Positions 53,845 to 64,000 of a stretch of 64,000 bases of DNA are shown piece by piece (position 1 is the stretch's first letter; each line of letters begins with the position of its first letter). The notes beneath the pieces are model-generated. The model was not told where the DNA came from, ran no database searches, and worked only from the letters and a program-made list of their open reading frames with translations. The translations under genes were made by a program, and so were the position numbers. The DNA is from Trueperaceae bacterium (GTDB lineage Bacteria > Deinococcota > Deinococci > Deinococcales > Trueperaceae): contig CBDCDZ010000004.1 of the NCBI GenBank assembly GCA_965215565.1, positions 3,104,001 to 3,168,000 on the forward strand, read 5' to 3'.

Positions 53845-53896
53845 ATCACGAAGCCATCACGAGCCTGTGATGACCTCGTGACGACTCTCTGTCACG
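53845..53896. promoter_or_regulatory. TCAC repeats spaced 11 bp apart, probable regulator boxes in a divergent promoter
   Basis: ATCACG at 53845 and 53856; inverted GTGA(T/C) at 53867 and 53878. Confidence 0.55.
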
Positions 53897-53905
53897 CTTA
53901 ATACC

Positions 53906-54550
53906 ATGATACAAAGTGCTTTCACCCCGCCCGCCGTTCACCCACCGCTGCGCCCATCCGTTCAGCCACCCCAGCGCTTCGCCCCGGCAGGCACCACGCT
54001 CTACCGGACCGGGGACCCCGCTCGCGCCCTCTTCACCCTCCGTCAGGGCGTCGTCAAGCTCGCCGCCATGACGCCCTCGGGCAACGAGCACATCCTGATG
54101 CTGTGTGGTACCGGCGACGTGCTGGGCGGGGCGGCGCTCACGCAGCCTCACCGTCACGACGAGGACGCCGTCGCGCTCACAGACATTTTTTATAGCGTTG
54201 TGCCGTCCAAACAAGCGGAAGCGCGTTCAGACTTCGCGGCGCGTTTCGCGGCGCAGTGGCGGCGTTCACAGGCGAACCTAGCGCTCGCTTACGCGCCCGT
54301 CACTATCCGGCTCGCCGCTACGCTCGTCGAACTGAGCGAACGCTTCGGCGAACCTCATAGCGCCACCTTGGACCACCTGACCCTCCCGCTCCGCCACGAG
54401 GACTACGCTGCCGCCGTCCACGCCACCCGCGTCGCCGTCAGCATGGCGTTCGCCGCCCTGCGGGAAGCGGGTGCGGTGCAGGGGCAGCGCGGCGACTACC
54501 TCTTAGAGACCGCCACGCTGCGCAGCGTGGCCCAGAGCTGGGAGGTGTGA
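53906..54550 (+). CDS. Crp/Fnr family regulator
   Basis: cNMP-domain pattern (LYRTGDPA, G.VKL, GDVLG) and a C-terminal HTH. Confidence 0.85.
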   Translation: MIQSAFTPPAVHPPLRPSVQPPQRFAPAGTTLYRTGDPARALFTLRQGVVKLAAMTPSGNEHILMLCGTGDVLGGAALTQPHRHDEDAVALTDIFYSVVPSKQAEARSDFAARFAAQWRRSQANLALAYAPVTIRLAATLVELSERFGEPHSATLDHLTLPLRHEDYAAAVHATRVAVSMAFAALREAGAVQGQRGDYLLETATLRSVAQSWEV

Positions 54551-54737
54551 GGCGTTAGGGCGGATGTTGTCTCAAGGTGGTAAGGACCTTCACGCTTGAC
54601 GCTCTGGACAAACGCCTAGGGGTGGTGAGATTAAAAACGAGATGTAAGGGCTCCGCAAGTCTCGAGCCCTACCTCACTGCGCCACTTTCTCAAGCCCACG
54701 CCATCTAATTGGTTTCACCTGCTAAACTGTCTTCATT

Positions 54738-55115
54738 ATGGCAGCGAATACGGCGAATACAAAAGACGACGCAAACGAAAAAGGCATCTTCCAGAAGATC
54801 ATCGACGGCGACATTCCTTCGGAGCGCGTCTACGAAGACGAGCACTTCTTAGCCTTTAGAGACATCGAACCCAAAGCGCCCGTGCACTTTCTCGTCGTGC
54901 CTAAAGAGCACAGCCCGCGTTTGGACGAGATGCTGGACGCGCAGGGCAAAGAGGGAGTCGGGGCGCTCTTCGAAGCGGCGGTCAGGGCGGCGCGGGCGAA
55001 TGACGTCGAAGATTATCGCCTCGTCGTCAACGTCGGTGCGGGCGCAGGGCAAGAGGTCTTTCACACGCACGTGCACGTCCTGGGCTACGAGGGAAAGGCT
55101 AGGGAAGTCGGATGA
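54738..55115 (+). CDS. HIT family nucleotide-binding protein
   Basis: AFRDIEPKAPVH, GQEVFHTHVHV. Confidence 0.92.
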   Translation: MAANTANTKDDANEKGIFQKIIDGDIPSERVYEDEHFLAFRDIEPKAPVHFLVVPKEHSPRLDEMLDAQGKEGVGALFEAAVRAARANDVEDYRLVVNVGAGAGQEVFHTHVHVLGYEGKAREVG

Positions 55116-55552
55116 GGGGGATGAGCAAGCGCACGCAACTCGCCTACGTGTCGGCGCTCTTCACCTTGGCGGTTGGCATCTTGGGTCTCGTCAACCCCTT
55201 CTTTATGTCGGAGTTCGTAGGGCTGGTTATCGAGGGTCCACGCGGCTTGAGCACCATGAGAAGCGTTTTCGGCGTGTTCTTCATCGGAGTGGCGGCGGCG
55301 ATGGTCTGGGGACTCGCGTCGCGCCCACGGGGGCGTCCTTGGGTGCTCGCAGCGAGCTTCGTCTGGCTCACCATCGGCTTCGGACGCTTTTTGAGCATCT
55401 TGCCCATCGACTTCGCGGTGACGCCACTCAATCTCATCATCTTGGGCATCGAGTTCGCAGCGGGGCTCGCGGCGCTCTTCGCAGGTCTGGAGGGACGCAG
55501 AACTCAGCCTTTTGACGACGAAGAGGAGGAGTACGTCTCGAGGACGCAGTAA
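55112..55552 (+). CDS. Four-TM membrane protein (DUF4345-like)
   Basis: Hydrophobic helices, MRSVFG, GRFLS. Confidence 0.6.
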   Translation: MRGMSKRTQLAYVSALFTLAVGILGLVNPFFMSEFVGLVIEGPRGLSTMRSVFGVFFIGVAAAMVWGLASRPRGRPWVLAASFVWLTIGFGRFLSILPIDFAVTPLNLIILGIEFAAGLAALFAGLEGRRTQPFDDEEEEYVSRTQ

Positions 55553-55560
55553 AAATGAGG

Positions 55561-55683
55561 TAGTGGCTCTATCTGGAACGACAATGATGTCAACAAGGGG
55601 TTGAAGCCCCTTGTTCATCGCATTTATTTGTCACATAGAGACGGTAGAAGAAGCACGCGGCGGCATTCGACTCAGAACCATTA
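55561..55683. repeat. Family C MITE-like repeat (reverse orientation)
   Basis: Reverse complement of 5606-5717. Confidence 0.85.
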
Positions 55684-55790
55684 CCCAGGGTAGAGGCGGT
55701 TTATGAACCGCCTGAGATGCCGTGTTTGGATAGGTACAGGGAATACCGTAGACCCATCCCCAAACGTTGGTGTAACCTCTTGAAGCTGTC

Positions 55791-57923
55791 CTAAGCTGTC
55801 GTCGCCATGCCCTCTAACGCCTCGAGCCTCCCCAGCGGTCTCAGCGCGTCACGTACCTCGCTCAGCAGCGTCAGGCGGTTGCGGCGCAGCGCGGCGTCGT
55901 CCACGTTGACGTAGACGTTGTCCAAGAACTCGTCTAAAGGTGTCTTGAGGGCGATGACCTCAGCGACTTGCGCGTCTAAGTCGGGCAGTTCCCGCTCGGG
56001 TCCGCCGCCTAAGTCCCAAGGTGTCAAGACCTCTTCCACCGTCGCCATGAGGTCACTCACCGCGTCTCTAGCGGGTATCAGGGCGTCGTAGAGAGGCTGC
56101 TCGTACTCGCTCTCGAAGCGCGAGGTGTTGATGTCGGTGGTCTCGTCCAGTTCCCTCGCCAAGTTCGCGGCGCGTTTGTAGAGCGTGAGGAGCGTCTCGA
56201 ACTCCTCCTCCCGGCTCAAGGTGCGGAGCAAGTGGCAGCGTCTCGCCGCTGTGATGACGGGCGGATTGTCGGCGGCGGCGGCGCGGATGAACTGCGTGCG
56301 GATGCCCTCTTCAGCCAGGAGCCCGGCGACGCGGTCCCAGAGGAAGTCGATGACTTCAGCTTGCACGTCCTCGCTCACCTTGCGTCCGGGCGCGTAGCCC
56401 TGCGTGGCTGCTTCGGTGAAGCTGTTGGGCGGCAGGGTCCAGCCCTGCGCGTTCAAGATGCGCGCGGCGGCGACCGCGTCGCGGCGCAGCCCGAAGGGGT
56501 CAGCGGAGCCCGAGGGACGCCGCTCGACGCTAAAAAACCCAGTGAGCGTGTCGAAGCGGTCGGCGGCGGCGAGAAGTGCGCCCACCTGCGTTTCGGGCAG
56601 CGGACCGCCCGCCGTGGTGGGGCGCGCGCCGTCCTCCAGAGCGGTGGCCACCTCTAAGCCGTAGCCGTCGGCGGTGGCGTAGGCGCGCGCCATCACCCCC
56701 TCTAGCTCGGGCAACTCCGCTACCATCTGCGTGGCGAGGTCCGCGCGGAAGATGGGGACAGCCTCGTCCAATACGGCGCGCTCGTGTTTGGACAGCTCGA
56801 GGCGCTCCGCTAAGACTTCCGCGCTCACGCCGACGCGCGTCACCTTGTCCGCCACCGTGCCGAGTTGCCGGTGGATGCCGATGCCCGAAAGCCCCCAAGC
56901 GTGCTGCGAGAGCGATTTCTCCCTGTCCGCGTTCCAGAAGAAGCGCGCGTCGCCCAAGCGTCCAGCCAACACCTGCTCGTACCCTCTTCGCACCACGCCC
57001 GCGTCCGGCACGCGGTTGTTCGACACGCCGACGAAAAGGGGCGCGAGCGCGCCGTTCTCCCTGCGCGTCGGGAAGAAGCTCTGGTGGTGAGTCATGGTGG
57101 TGGTCAAGACCTCTTCGGGCAGCTCTAGGTAGCCCTCGCTGAAGGTGCCCAAAATAGGCGTCGGATACTCGACCAAGTTGCTGACCTCTTCCAAGAGGTC
57201 CGCGTTGTAGAGGAGCGTGAGGTCCTCTCGCGCGGCCACCTCTCGCGCCGCGTCCAACGTCCGCTGCTGCCGCGCGCTCACGTCCGCGATGACGAAGGCG
57301 TTTTGGAGTTTCTCCAGATAGGCGCCGGCGTGCGCCAGTTCCACCTCGTCAGGCGCTAAAAAGCGGTGCCCGCGAGAGGTCCGCCCCGCCTTTAGTCCTG
57401 CCACCGAGAGGTCTAATACCGCGCTGTCCAGAAGCGCCACGAGCCACGCCACCGGGCGCAAAAAAGGCGTTTCCACGTCGCCCCAGTGCATCTTGCGCGG
57501 CGCAGGGAAGTCCTTGACGATAGTCTCTAAAAGAGGGGGCAAAAGCGCCGCCGCGTCCTCGCCGCCGAGCCGCCGCTCCGCGAAGATGTAGCGCCCCTTA
57601 TTCGTCTCTTTTGTAATCAGTTCGGACGGATCGACGCCGTTAGACTTGGCGAAGCCTTGCGCGGCGCGACTCGGGTTGCCCTCGTCGTCAAACGCGACAT
57701 CAGCGGCAGGACCGCGCCGCAGCTCGGTGCGCACCTCACTCTTATCCGCTACTTTCACGAGCGCAGCGATGCGGCGCGGCGTGGCGTAGGCGCGGACCTC
57801 ACCGTGCTCTAGCCCCGCTCGGGTGAGCCGCTCCTCCAGCAGCCGCTGCATACTCGCTCGCGCTCGCGGCACGTACCAACTCGGCAACTCTTCCGTGCCG
57901 ATCTCAAAAAGCAAGCTCGCCAC
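55791..57923 (-). CDS. glyS: Glycine--tRNA ligase beta subunit
   Basis: LLFEIGTEELP, RL.DARFF, ELEGVM, SGSADPFGLRR. Confidence 0.96.
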   Translation of the reverse strand: MASLLFEIGTEELPSWYVPRARASMQRLLEERLTRAGLEHGEVRAYATPRRIAALVKVADKSEVRTELRRGPAADVAFDDEGNPSRAAQGFAKSNGVDPSELITKETNKGRYIFAERRLGGEDAAALLPPLLETIVKDFPAPRKMHWGDVETPFLRPVAWLVALLDSAVLDLSVAGLKAGRTSRGHRFLAPDEVELAHAGAYLEKLQNAFVIADVSARQQRTLDAAREVAAREDLTLLYNADLLEEVSNLVEYPTPILGTFSEGYLELPEEVLTTTMTHHQSFFPTRRENGALAPLFVGVSNNRVPDAGVVRRGYEQVLAGRLGDARFFWNADREKSLSQHAWGLSGIGIHRQLGTVADKVTRVGVSAEVLAERLELSKHERAVLDEAVPIFRADLATQMVAELPELEGVMARAYATADGYGLEVATALEDGARPTTAGGPLPETQVGALLAAADRFDTLTGFFSVERRPSGSADPFGLRRDAVAAARILNAQGWTLPPNSFTEAATQGYAPGRKVSEDVQAEVIDFLWDRVAGLLAEEGIRTQFIRAAAADNPPVITAARRCHLLRTLSREEEFETLLTLYKRAANLARELDETTDINTSRFESEYEQPLYDALIPARDAVSDLMATVEEVLTPWDLGGGPERELPDLDAQVAEVIALKTPLDEFLDNVYVNVDDAALRRNRLTLLSEVRDALRPLGRLEALEGMATTA

Positions 57924-58789
57924 TAGGCTGCCTCCTCTCGAGGTTGCGGTTCGTTGAGCCTCACATATAGTTTCGCCGCGCCCTCCGCTAGACGCCGCAC
58001 GCGCTGCACGTAGTTCTGCCGCTCGATGTGCGACAGCACACCCCGCGCGTCCAAGAGGTTTAGAGCATGACTCGCTTTCATGGTGAACTCGTAAGCGGGG
58101 TAGAGCAGGTCCTCTTCTAAAAGCCGCCTCGCCTCCTCCTCGAACGCATCGAAGAGCGTGCGCTGGAGCTTTGCGTTGACAAAGTTGAAGTTGTAGTTGC
58201 TGTGCTGATATTCGAAGTCGCGGCGGATGTCACCCAAGGTCACGTCGGGCGCGTAGGTCAGTTCATAAGCGTGCGAGACGCCCTGCAGGTACATCGCGAT
58301 GCGCTCCAAGCCGTAGGTCAGCTCGACTGACACGGGCTTTAGGCTCACCCCGCCGACTTGCTGAAAGTAGGTGAACTGGCTTATTTCCATGCCGTCCATC
58401 TGCACCTCCCAGCCCAGGCCCCACGCGCCCAAAGAGGGCTGCTCCCAGTTGTCCTCGACGAAGCGGATGTCGTGGGCGTGCGGGTCAATGCCCAACGTAT
58501 ACAAGGAGCCCAGGTAGAGGTCCTGCACGTCCATCGGGGAGGGTTTTAAGAGGACCTGGTACTGAAAGTAGTACTGGAAGCGGTAGGGGTTCTCGCCGTA
58601 GCGTCCGTCGGTGGGGCGTCTGGACGGTGCCACGTACGCCGTGCGCCAGGGCTCGCTTCCTAGCGCTTTTAGAAATGTCGAAGGGTAGAAGGTGCCCGCG
58701 CCCACCTCGGTGTCGTAGGGCTGTGTAATGACGCAGCCCCGCGCTGACCAGTAAGACTCGAGATTCAGTATAATATCTTGGAAGTGCAT
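57923..58789 (-). CDS. glyQ: Glycine--tRNA ligase alpha subunit
   Basis: [34 protein letters not shown]. Confidence 0.97.
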   Translation of the reverse strand: MHFQDIILNLESYWSARGCVITQPYDTEVGAGTFYPSTFLKALGSEPWRTAYVAPSRRPTDGRYGENPYRFQYYFQYQVLLKPSPMDVQDLYLGSLYTLGIDPHAHDIRFVEDNWEQPSLGAWGLGWEVQMDGMEISQFTYFQQVGGVSLKPVSVELTYGLERIAMYLQGVSHAYELTYAPDVTLGDIRRDFEYQHSNYNFNFVNAKLQRTLFDAFEEEARRLLEEDLLYPAYEFTMKASHALNLLDARGVLSHIERQNYVQRVRRLAEGAAKLYVRLNEPQPREEAA

Positions 58790-58807
58790 GGTTGTTCCTC
58801 AATCCTA

Positions 58808-58890
58808 GCTCGTCCCCGAATCCTTGCGGGGAGCGCGCGCGGTATCCAAAGCTGTGACCCCTTACGTCTCACCAGGCACCTTCAGAATGA
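58808..58890 (-). promoter_or_regulatory. Degenerate T-box-like leader of glyQ
   Basis: tggataccgcg followed by a cgctcccc...ggggacg hairpin; the bulge deviates from UGGNACC and stem I was not identified. Confidence 0.3.
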
Positions 58891-59112
58891 ATCCGCGGAA
58901 TGCCCATATGAACCGTCCACGTGAAGCGCACATGTGAAAAAAATAATAGGAGCGTGATGAGTCGCTATAGGCATGAAAGTAACGAAAGACCTTTCAGGTC
59001 GCCCGCTGAGCGCGTAGTATAACACTATGAGGACTTCTACACTCCCGCCGTATTCTTTCTGCCCACGGGTCCGCGCGAGCGCCCCCGTCCGGGCTGTGTA
59101 AAGGAGAGGGAC

Positions 59113-61317
59113 TTGAACCGATACGACGACCGCGCGAGGTTGGTATTCCACTTCGCTAGAGAAGAAGGCTCCAAACTAGGTCACGCCATGATCGGCCCTG
59201 AGCATCTGCTTTTGGGGCTCATGCGCGAGGGTGGCACGGCGAGCCGCGTGTTAGGCGAGTTCGGCGCAACTTTAGAGGGGCTGCGCCGCCAAGTCGAAGA
59301 GATGGTGGGGCGCGGCGACGGCTTGCCGCGCAACGAGACCGCCGCCATCACCCCGCGCGCGCGCCGCGTGATGGAACTCGCGGGCTCCGAAGCCCGCTCG
59401 CTAGGCTCGAACGTCATCGCCACCGAGCACATCCTCTTAGGCATCATCCGCGAGGGTGACGGCGTGGCGTACCGCATCTTGCAGCAGCTTACCCGCGACG
59501 TGGACACGGTGCGCTGGCGCATCTTAGCCGCCGCCGACCCCAAAGGGCAAGCTGAGAGCGTCAACACGCCCTTTCTGGACGAGTACGCCCGCGACCTCAC
59601 CAAAGAGGCGCGCGAGAGCAAGCTCGACCCCGTCATTGGGCGCACCGAAGAGATTCGCCGCGTCATACAAATTTTGAGCCGCCGCAACAAGAATAACCCC
59701 GTCTTAATCGGCGAGCCGGGCGTCGGCAAAACGGCCATCGTCGAGGGATTGGCGCAGTCCGTCATCGAAGGCCGCGTGCCGCCCAACTTACGCAACATGC
59801 GCGTCTTATCCATCGACCTCTCGAACGTCGTTGCCGGGACGAAGTACCGGGGCGAGTTCGAGGAGCGCTTGCGCCAGATCATCGAGGAGTTGCGCAGCGC
59901 GCGCGTCGTCGCCTTTATCGACGAGCTTCACACCTTGGTAGGTGCGGGGGGCGCAGAGGGCACGCTAGACGCTGCGAACATCCTCAAGCCGCCGCTCTCG
60001 AGGGGCGAAGTGCAGGTCATCGGCGCGACCACCACGGGCGAGTACCACCGCTACATCGAAAAGGACGCCGCCTTAGAGCGCCGCTTCCAGCCTGTGATTG
60101 TGCTCGAGCCTTCCCCCGAAGAAACTTTGGAAATCATGCACGGGCTCCGCGAACGCTACGAAGCGCACCACGGCGTCGTCATCCCCGAGCAGATTCTAGA
60201 GATATCGGTGCGTTACGGCGAGAGGAGCCTGCCGGGGCGCAACTTCCCCGACAAAGCCATCGACCTCATCGACGAGGCGGCGGCGCGTACCCGCCTGAAT
60301 AAGTCGTTGGGCTTCCCTATTCTCGAGGAAGAGGACGGCACGCCCATCGTCAGCCGCGACGACGTGGAAGCCGTTGTGAATTCCTGGGGCGGCATCTACG
60401 TGGACGAGCAGGACGACGAGAAGCTCGCCAACATCGAGAACGAACTTAAAAACCACGTCGTCGGGCAAGACCGCGCAATCGCGGCTCTAGGCGCAGCGTT
60501 GCGCCGCGCCCGCGTCGGCTTAGGCGGACGCACGCGCGTCTCGGCGTCGTTCTTGTTCGTCGGACCCTCGGGCGTCGGCAAGACCTTTTTAGCCAAGCAG
60601 CTCGCTCTGCAGCTCTTCGGCAGCGAGCGTGCGCTCGTCCGCTTGGACATGTCCGAGTACCAAGAGGCGCACTCCACCTCGAAACTCATCGGCGCACCGC
60701 CAGGATACGTGGGTCACGAGCAGGGCGGGCGCTTGACCGAAGCGGTGCGGCGTCAGCCGTTCTCGGTGGTGCTCTTAGACGAGATCGAGAAGGCGCACCC
60801 CGACATCTACAACACCTTCTTACAGGTCTTGGACGACGGACGCTTGACGGACGGCTTGGGGCGCACCGTGGACTTCCGCCGCGTTATCCTCATCATGACC
60901 TCAAACACAGGCTTCAACGTCGGTCAGTCCATTGGCTTCCAGGAGGTCTCGAGAGACGTCCAAGGACCCCTAAAGCGCATCTTCAGCCCCGAGTTCTTAG
61001 ACCGCTTAGACGAAGTCATCTCCTTTGAGACCTTTGACGAGCAGGGCGTCCTCCACATCACCAACCAGATGCTCGACGAGATTCGCGAGGACTTGGCGGG
61101 GCGCGACATCCAGGTCACGTTCGGCGCAGAAGTCGCCTCGTTCCTCGTCTCCAAGCTGCCCAAGGGCGAGAGCGCCCGCCCGCTACGCGCCGTGATGCGC
61201 GAGTACATCGAGGACCCGCTGTCCTTGGAGATTTTGTCGCACGGCACGCAAGAGGGCATCATCGTGACGGTCGAAGATGACGCAATCATCTTCGCGAAGC
61301 CCGTGCCGATGGTCTAA
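59113..61317 (+). CDS. clpC: ATP-dependent Clp protease ATP-binding subunit (ClpC-like)
   Basis: Clp N repeats, [32 protein letters not shown]. Confidence 0.9.
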   Translation: MNRYDDRARLVFHFAREEGSKLGHAMIGPEHLLLGLMREGGTASRVLGEFGATLEGLRRQVEEMVGRGDGLPRNETAAITPRARRVMELAGSEARSLGSNVIATEHILLGIIREGDGVAYRILQQLTRDVDTVRWRILAAADPKGQAESVNTPFLDEYARDLTKEARESKLDPVIGRTEEIRRVIQILSRRNKNNPVLIGEPGVGKTAIVEGLAQSVIEGRVPPNLRNMRVLSIDLSNVVAGTKYRGEFEERLRQIIEELRSARVVAFIDELHTLVGAGGAEGTLDAANILKPPLSRGEVQVIGATTTGEYHRYIEKDAALERRFQPVIVLEPSPEETLEIMHGLRERYEAHHGVVIPEQILEISVRYGERSLPGRNFPDKAIDLIDEAAARTRLNKSLGFPILEEEDGTPIVSRDDVEAVVNSWGGIYVDEQDDEKLANIENELKNHVVGQDRAIAALGAALRRARVGLGGRTRVSASFLFVGPSGVGKTFLAKQLALQLFGSERALVRLDMSEYQEAHSTSKLIGAPPGYVGHEQGGRLTEAVRRQPFSVVLLDEIEKAHPDIYNTFLQVLDDGRLTDGLGRTVDFRRVILIMTSNTGFNVGQSIGFQEVSRDVQGPLKRIFSPEFLDRLDEVISFETFDEQGVLHITNQMLDEIREDLAGRDIQVTFGAEVASFLVSKLPKGESARPLRAVMREYIEDPLSLEILSHGTQEGIIVTVEDDAIIFAKPVPMV

Positions 61318-61340
61318 AACGCTCTTCAACCTCGAGTTCG

Positions 61341-61372
61341 AACACCTGCACTGCCAAGCAGTGCAGGTGTTT
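61341..61372 (+). terminator. Intrinsic terminator after clpC
   Basis: aacacctgcactgc-caa-gcagtgcaggtgtt followed by T-rich sequence. Confidence 0.8.
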
Positions 61373-61746
61373 TCTTGATGGCTCTGTATTTTGGGGGCTG
61401 ACGAAAACAGCGTTAAGAAAAGCCGTATGATATTGGTAGACCACGCTGAAAAAGTCAGAGAAAGAGGCAAATGTAGGGGCACATAGTTCATTACCGTATG
61501 AATCACCCCCGCCTGTTTCGTTCACGTCGCATACTCCCTCGCCTAAGAAGGATAAGTGTGTGTTGAAGAGGCTGAGTAGTATGACATGAACGTTTCCCCG
61601 GGGCTTTTCTCAGTGATAGAGAAGGTAAAGGAATCCGTATACTCCGGAGACAGTATCGGCTATGCGAGCCCCAAACGAGCGGCGTGAAACTATAGAAAGA
61701 GGCGGAGGTCTCTATGACCTCCGCCTACTTGCTGTTGTGGCTGGCT

Positions 61747-63999
61747 TTACTTGCTAAGCTCGAGCACCGTCACGCTGTCGCCAACTCTGAGGTTGACCGC
61801 GCCGTCTTGCAAGGACACCGCTCGTTCGGATACGCGCCCCGAGCCGTCGAAGGCGTGCAGGGTGGCGTTCTTGACGCCGCCGAGCGTCACCGTGACGTCT
61901 TGTGCGTTCACGCGGACGTCTCTTCTCTCGTCGCGGTCCCAGCTCTCTTTACCCAACCAGAGGGCTAAGTAAAAGGTGCCGTCGCGCTTCTGCAGGAGCG
62001 TCTGGTGGACATCATTCGTGTCACCGCTCAGCGCGTAGTTGAGCGTGCCGGGGGTGAAGGAGCCGGAGTCGCTGAGTAGGCTCATGAGGTTCTCAACTGC
62101 TTTGAACGCAGGCTTCTCGGAGCCGTCGGCGCGCAGGAGACCGAAGGAGGCTTCGGGGTCCGTGCTTCTGCCTTTGGGCTTGCTGTCGATGAGTTCGTAA
62201 AGATAGGTGCGCGGGATGTTCATGCTGAAGTGCGCGAGGAGCATCCGGGGCAGGTACTTGGCGGTGGCGGCTTCAGAGGTGGGCGCGTGACCATTGTCGG
62301 TCTGGAGAGCGTTGTGGTAACCCGTTTCGGTGAGCATGACGGGCTTGCTGCCGCTGTTCTTGGCTGCGTTCGCAACGTTCGACTTCGTGCTCTGACCGTA
62401 CTCACTGCCCGTGGGCATCTTACCGCCGGGGTAGGGGTGGCTGTTGCCGTAGTCCATGTAGCCGCTCAAGTCGCCCAAGTCTTTCGCCTTCCAGATGGGT
62501 GACGGACCCAGAACCTTGACGTCCTTGAGTGCCGGGTTGCCTCTCACGGCGCTGTAGAGCTTCTTCTGCGCGTCTCTGGTGAGGTTCACCCAGCCGCTGA
62601 TGCCTTGGAGGTCCGGCTCGTTGATACCTTCGAAGGAGACCACTGCGCCGTCCGTCCAGGAGACGACGTCGTCTAACTTGCTGTAGTCCGTGGCGTCGTT
62701 GTAAGGGGTTTCTAACGAGGTGAGCAGGTTGAAGTCGATGCCCGCTGCGCCCAACTCGCGCAGGCGCTTGTAGAAGAAGGTGTTGCGGCTCGCGCCCTCG
62801 TAGGTGTACGCGCCGTCGCGGACGTGACGGACGCCCAGCTCTAGGAGCTTCGGCTTGATGAGGTCCTCGTAGCGCTTGTCGTAGACGGTGCCCTGGTAGT
62901 GTAGGTGCGTGTTCACGCCAACCGTGTCGATGAAGTCGGCGGCGCGCTGCGCCTTGACGCCCGGCAAGTTCGTGGACGCGCTGCTCGAGCCGCCGGTGGG
63001 GGTGCCCGGCAGGAGCGTCGGGCCGCTCGCGGTGGTGTCGCCAGTGGTGTCGCTGCTGTTTGCGCCCGGCTTGTAGCTCTTGTCCATCGTCAGAACGAGT
63101 TGATCGAAGGCGAAGCCGTCCTCGCGCATCCAGATGTTGAGGGTGTGCGTGCCCGCGCTGCCTACGTTGATCTTCGCTACGGAACCGTCCATCGTCTTGT
63201 TCGTCCAGCCCACGCTGGTGCCGAAGCCGTTGATCCTGTCGCTGCTGCTCACCGCTCTACCGTTTAAGCCGACGTGCACGGAATCGCTCGAGTTACGCGC
63301 GCTGCCCGCCGCCTTGCCACGTACCCAGACGTGGTAGGTGCCTGCTTGCGGGAGGTTGACGCGGTAGTCCAGGCGTGGGCTCTTCGTCACATAGCCCGTG
63401 TTCTGGTTCGTGTCGCGGTCAGGCAGGGCGTGCATCAGCTCGCCTTGGCGCTGCCAGGTGTGGCGTCCGGGTGTCTGAAGAGCGTGGAACGCCTCCGCTT
63501 GGATGTCGATAATCCCGTTCGAGGGTCCAAAGGCTTTCGGGGCGAGGTCCGCGAGCACCGCTTCGGGCTTCGCGTCCGCGTCGCGGGTCAAGATGAGCTT
63601 GTCGAAGGCGAAGCCGTCCTCGCGCATCCAGACGTTGAGGGTGTGCGTGCCCGCCGCGAGCCTGAGCTTAGCGGCGGAGCGGTCCATCGTGTTCCGGCTC
63701 CAGCCGAAGCTGCTGCCGAAGCTGCTGATTCGGTCCGCGCTGCTCACCGCTCTACCGTTTAAGCCGACGTGGACGGAGTCGCTCGAGTTACGCGCGCTGC
63801 CCGCCGCCTTGCCGCGCACCCAGACGTAGTAGGTGCCTGCTTGCGCGACGTCGAGGCGGTAGTCCAGACGCGGGCTCTTCGTCACAAAATTCGTGTTGTT
63901 CAGCACGCCGGTGTCAGGGAGCGCGTGCAGCGCGTCGCCCTGCCGCTTCCAGGCGTGACGTCCTAGAGGCTCGTTAGCGTGAAACGCCTCGGCTTCTAA
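61747..63999 (-). CDS. Modular glycoside hydrolase (clan GH-A-like catalytic domain with tandem beta-sandwich repeats), 5'-partial
   Basis: FEGINEPD and LTETGY candidate catalytic glutamates; two near-identical repeats; frame open to the window end. Confidence 0.75.
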   Translation of the reverse strand, partial: LEAEAFHANEPLGRHAWKRQGDALHALPDTGVLNNTNFVTKSPRLDYRLDVAQAGTYYVWVRGKAAGSARNSSDSVHVGLNGRAVSSADRISSFGSSFGWSRNTMDRSAAKLRLAAGTHTLNVWMREDGFAFDKLILTRDADAKPEAVLADLAPKAFGPSNGIIDIQAEAFHALQTPGRHTWQRQGELMHALPDRDTNQNTGYVTKSPRLDYRVNLPQAGTYHVWVRGKAAGSARNSSDSVHVGLNGRAVSSSDRINGFGTSVGWTNKTMDGSVAKINVGSAGTHTLNIWMREDGFAFDQLVLTMDKSYKPGANSSDTTGDTTASGPTLLPGTPTGGSSSASTNLPGVKAQRAADFIDTVGVNTHLHYQGTVYDKRYEDLIKPKLLELGVRHVRDGAYTYEGASRNTFFYKRLRELGAAGIDFNLLTSLETPYNDATDYSKLDDVVSWTDGAVVSFEGINEPDLQGISGWVNLTRDAQKKLYSAVRGNPALKDVKVLGPSPIWKAKDLGDLSGYMDYGNSHPYPGGKMPTGSEYGQSTKSNVANAAKNSGSKPVMLTETGYHNALQTDNGHAPTSEAATAKYLPRMLLAHFSMNIPRTYLYELIDSKPKGRSTDPEASFGLLRADGSEKPAFKAVENLMSLLSDSGSFTPGTLNYALSGDTNDVHQTLLQKRDGTFYLALWLGKESWDRDERRDVRVNAQDVTVTLGGVKNATLHAFDGSGRVSERAVSLQDGAVNLRVGDSVTVLELSK

Positions 64000-64000
64000 A

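Overview
Chromosomal window from a GC-rich bacterium. The gene content suggests Deinococcota (Trueperaceae-like); this is an inference. Core genes are mgtE, lon, gyrA, asd, proB, glyQS, a ClpC-like ATPase and a methylmalonyl-CoA mutase subunit. Accessory blocks are a circularly permuted ATP-grasp/alpha-E/two-transglutaminase operon and a 10-gene Ter stress cluster with its biosynthetic module. The best finding is a complete IS110 element (1977-3104) whose bridge RNA can be read from the sequence. Its target guides match the terminus of a resident MITE-like repeat family, it has split one copy of that repeat, and empty matching sites remain at 34484 and just upstream of gyrA (45221). Other notable items: a highly iterated non-palindromic heptamer AAGAGGT that also builds terminators (uptake-sequence-like), a highly iterated palindrome CTCGAG, an integrase-less AT-rich GNAT cassette with an attC-like site, three nested MITE/REP-like families, two orphan structured ncRNA candidates, and two single-base frameshifted genes. 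All calls come from reading the sequence; no searches were run.
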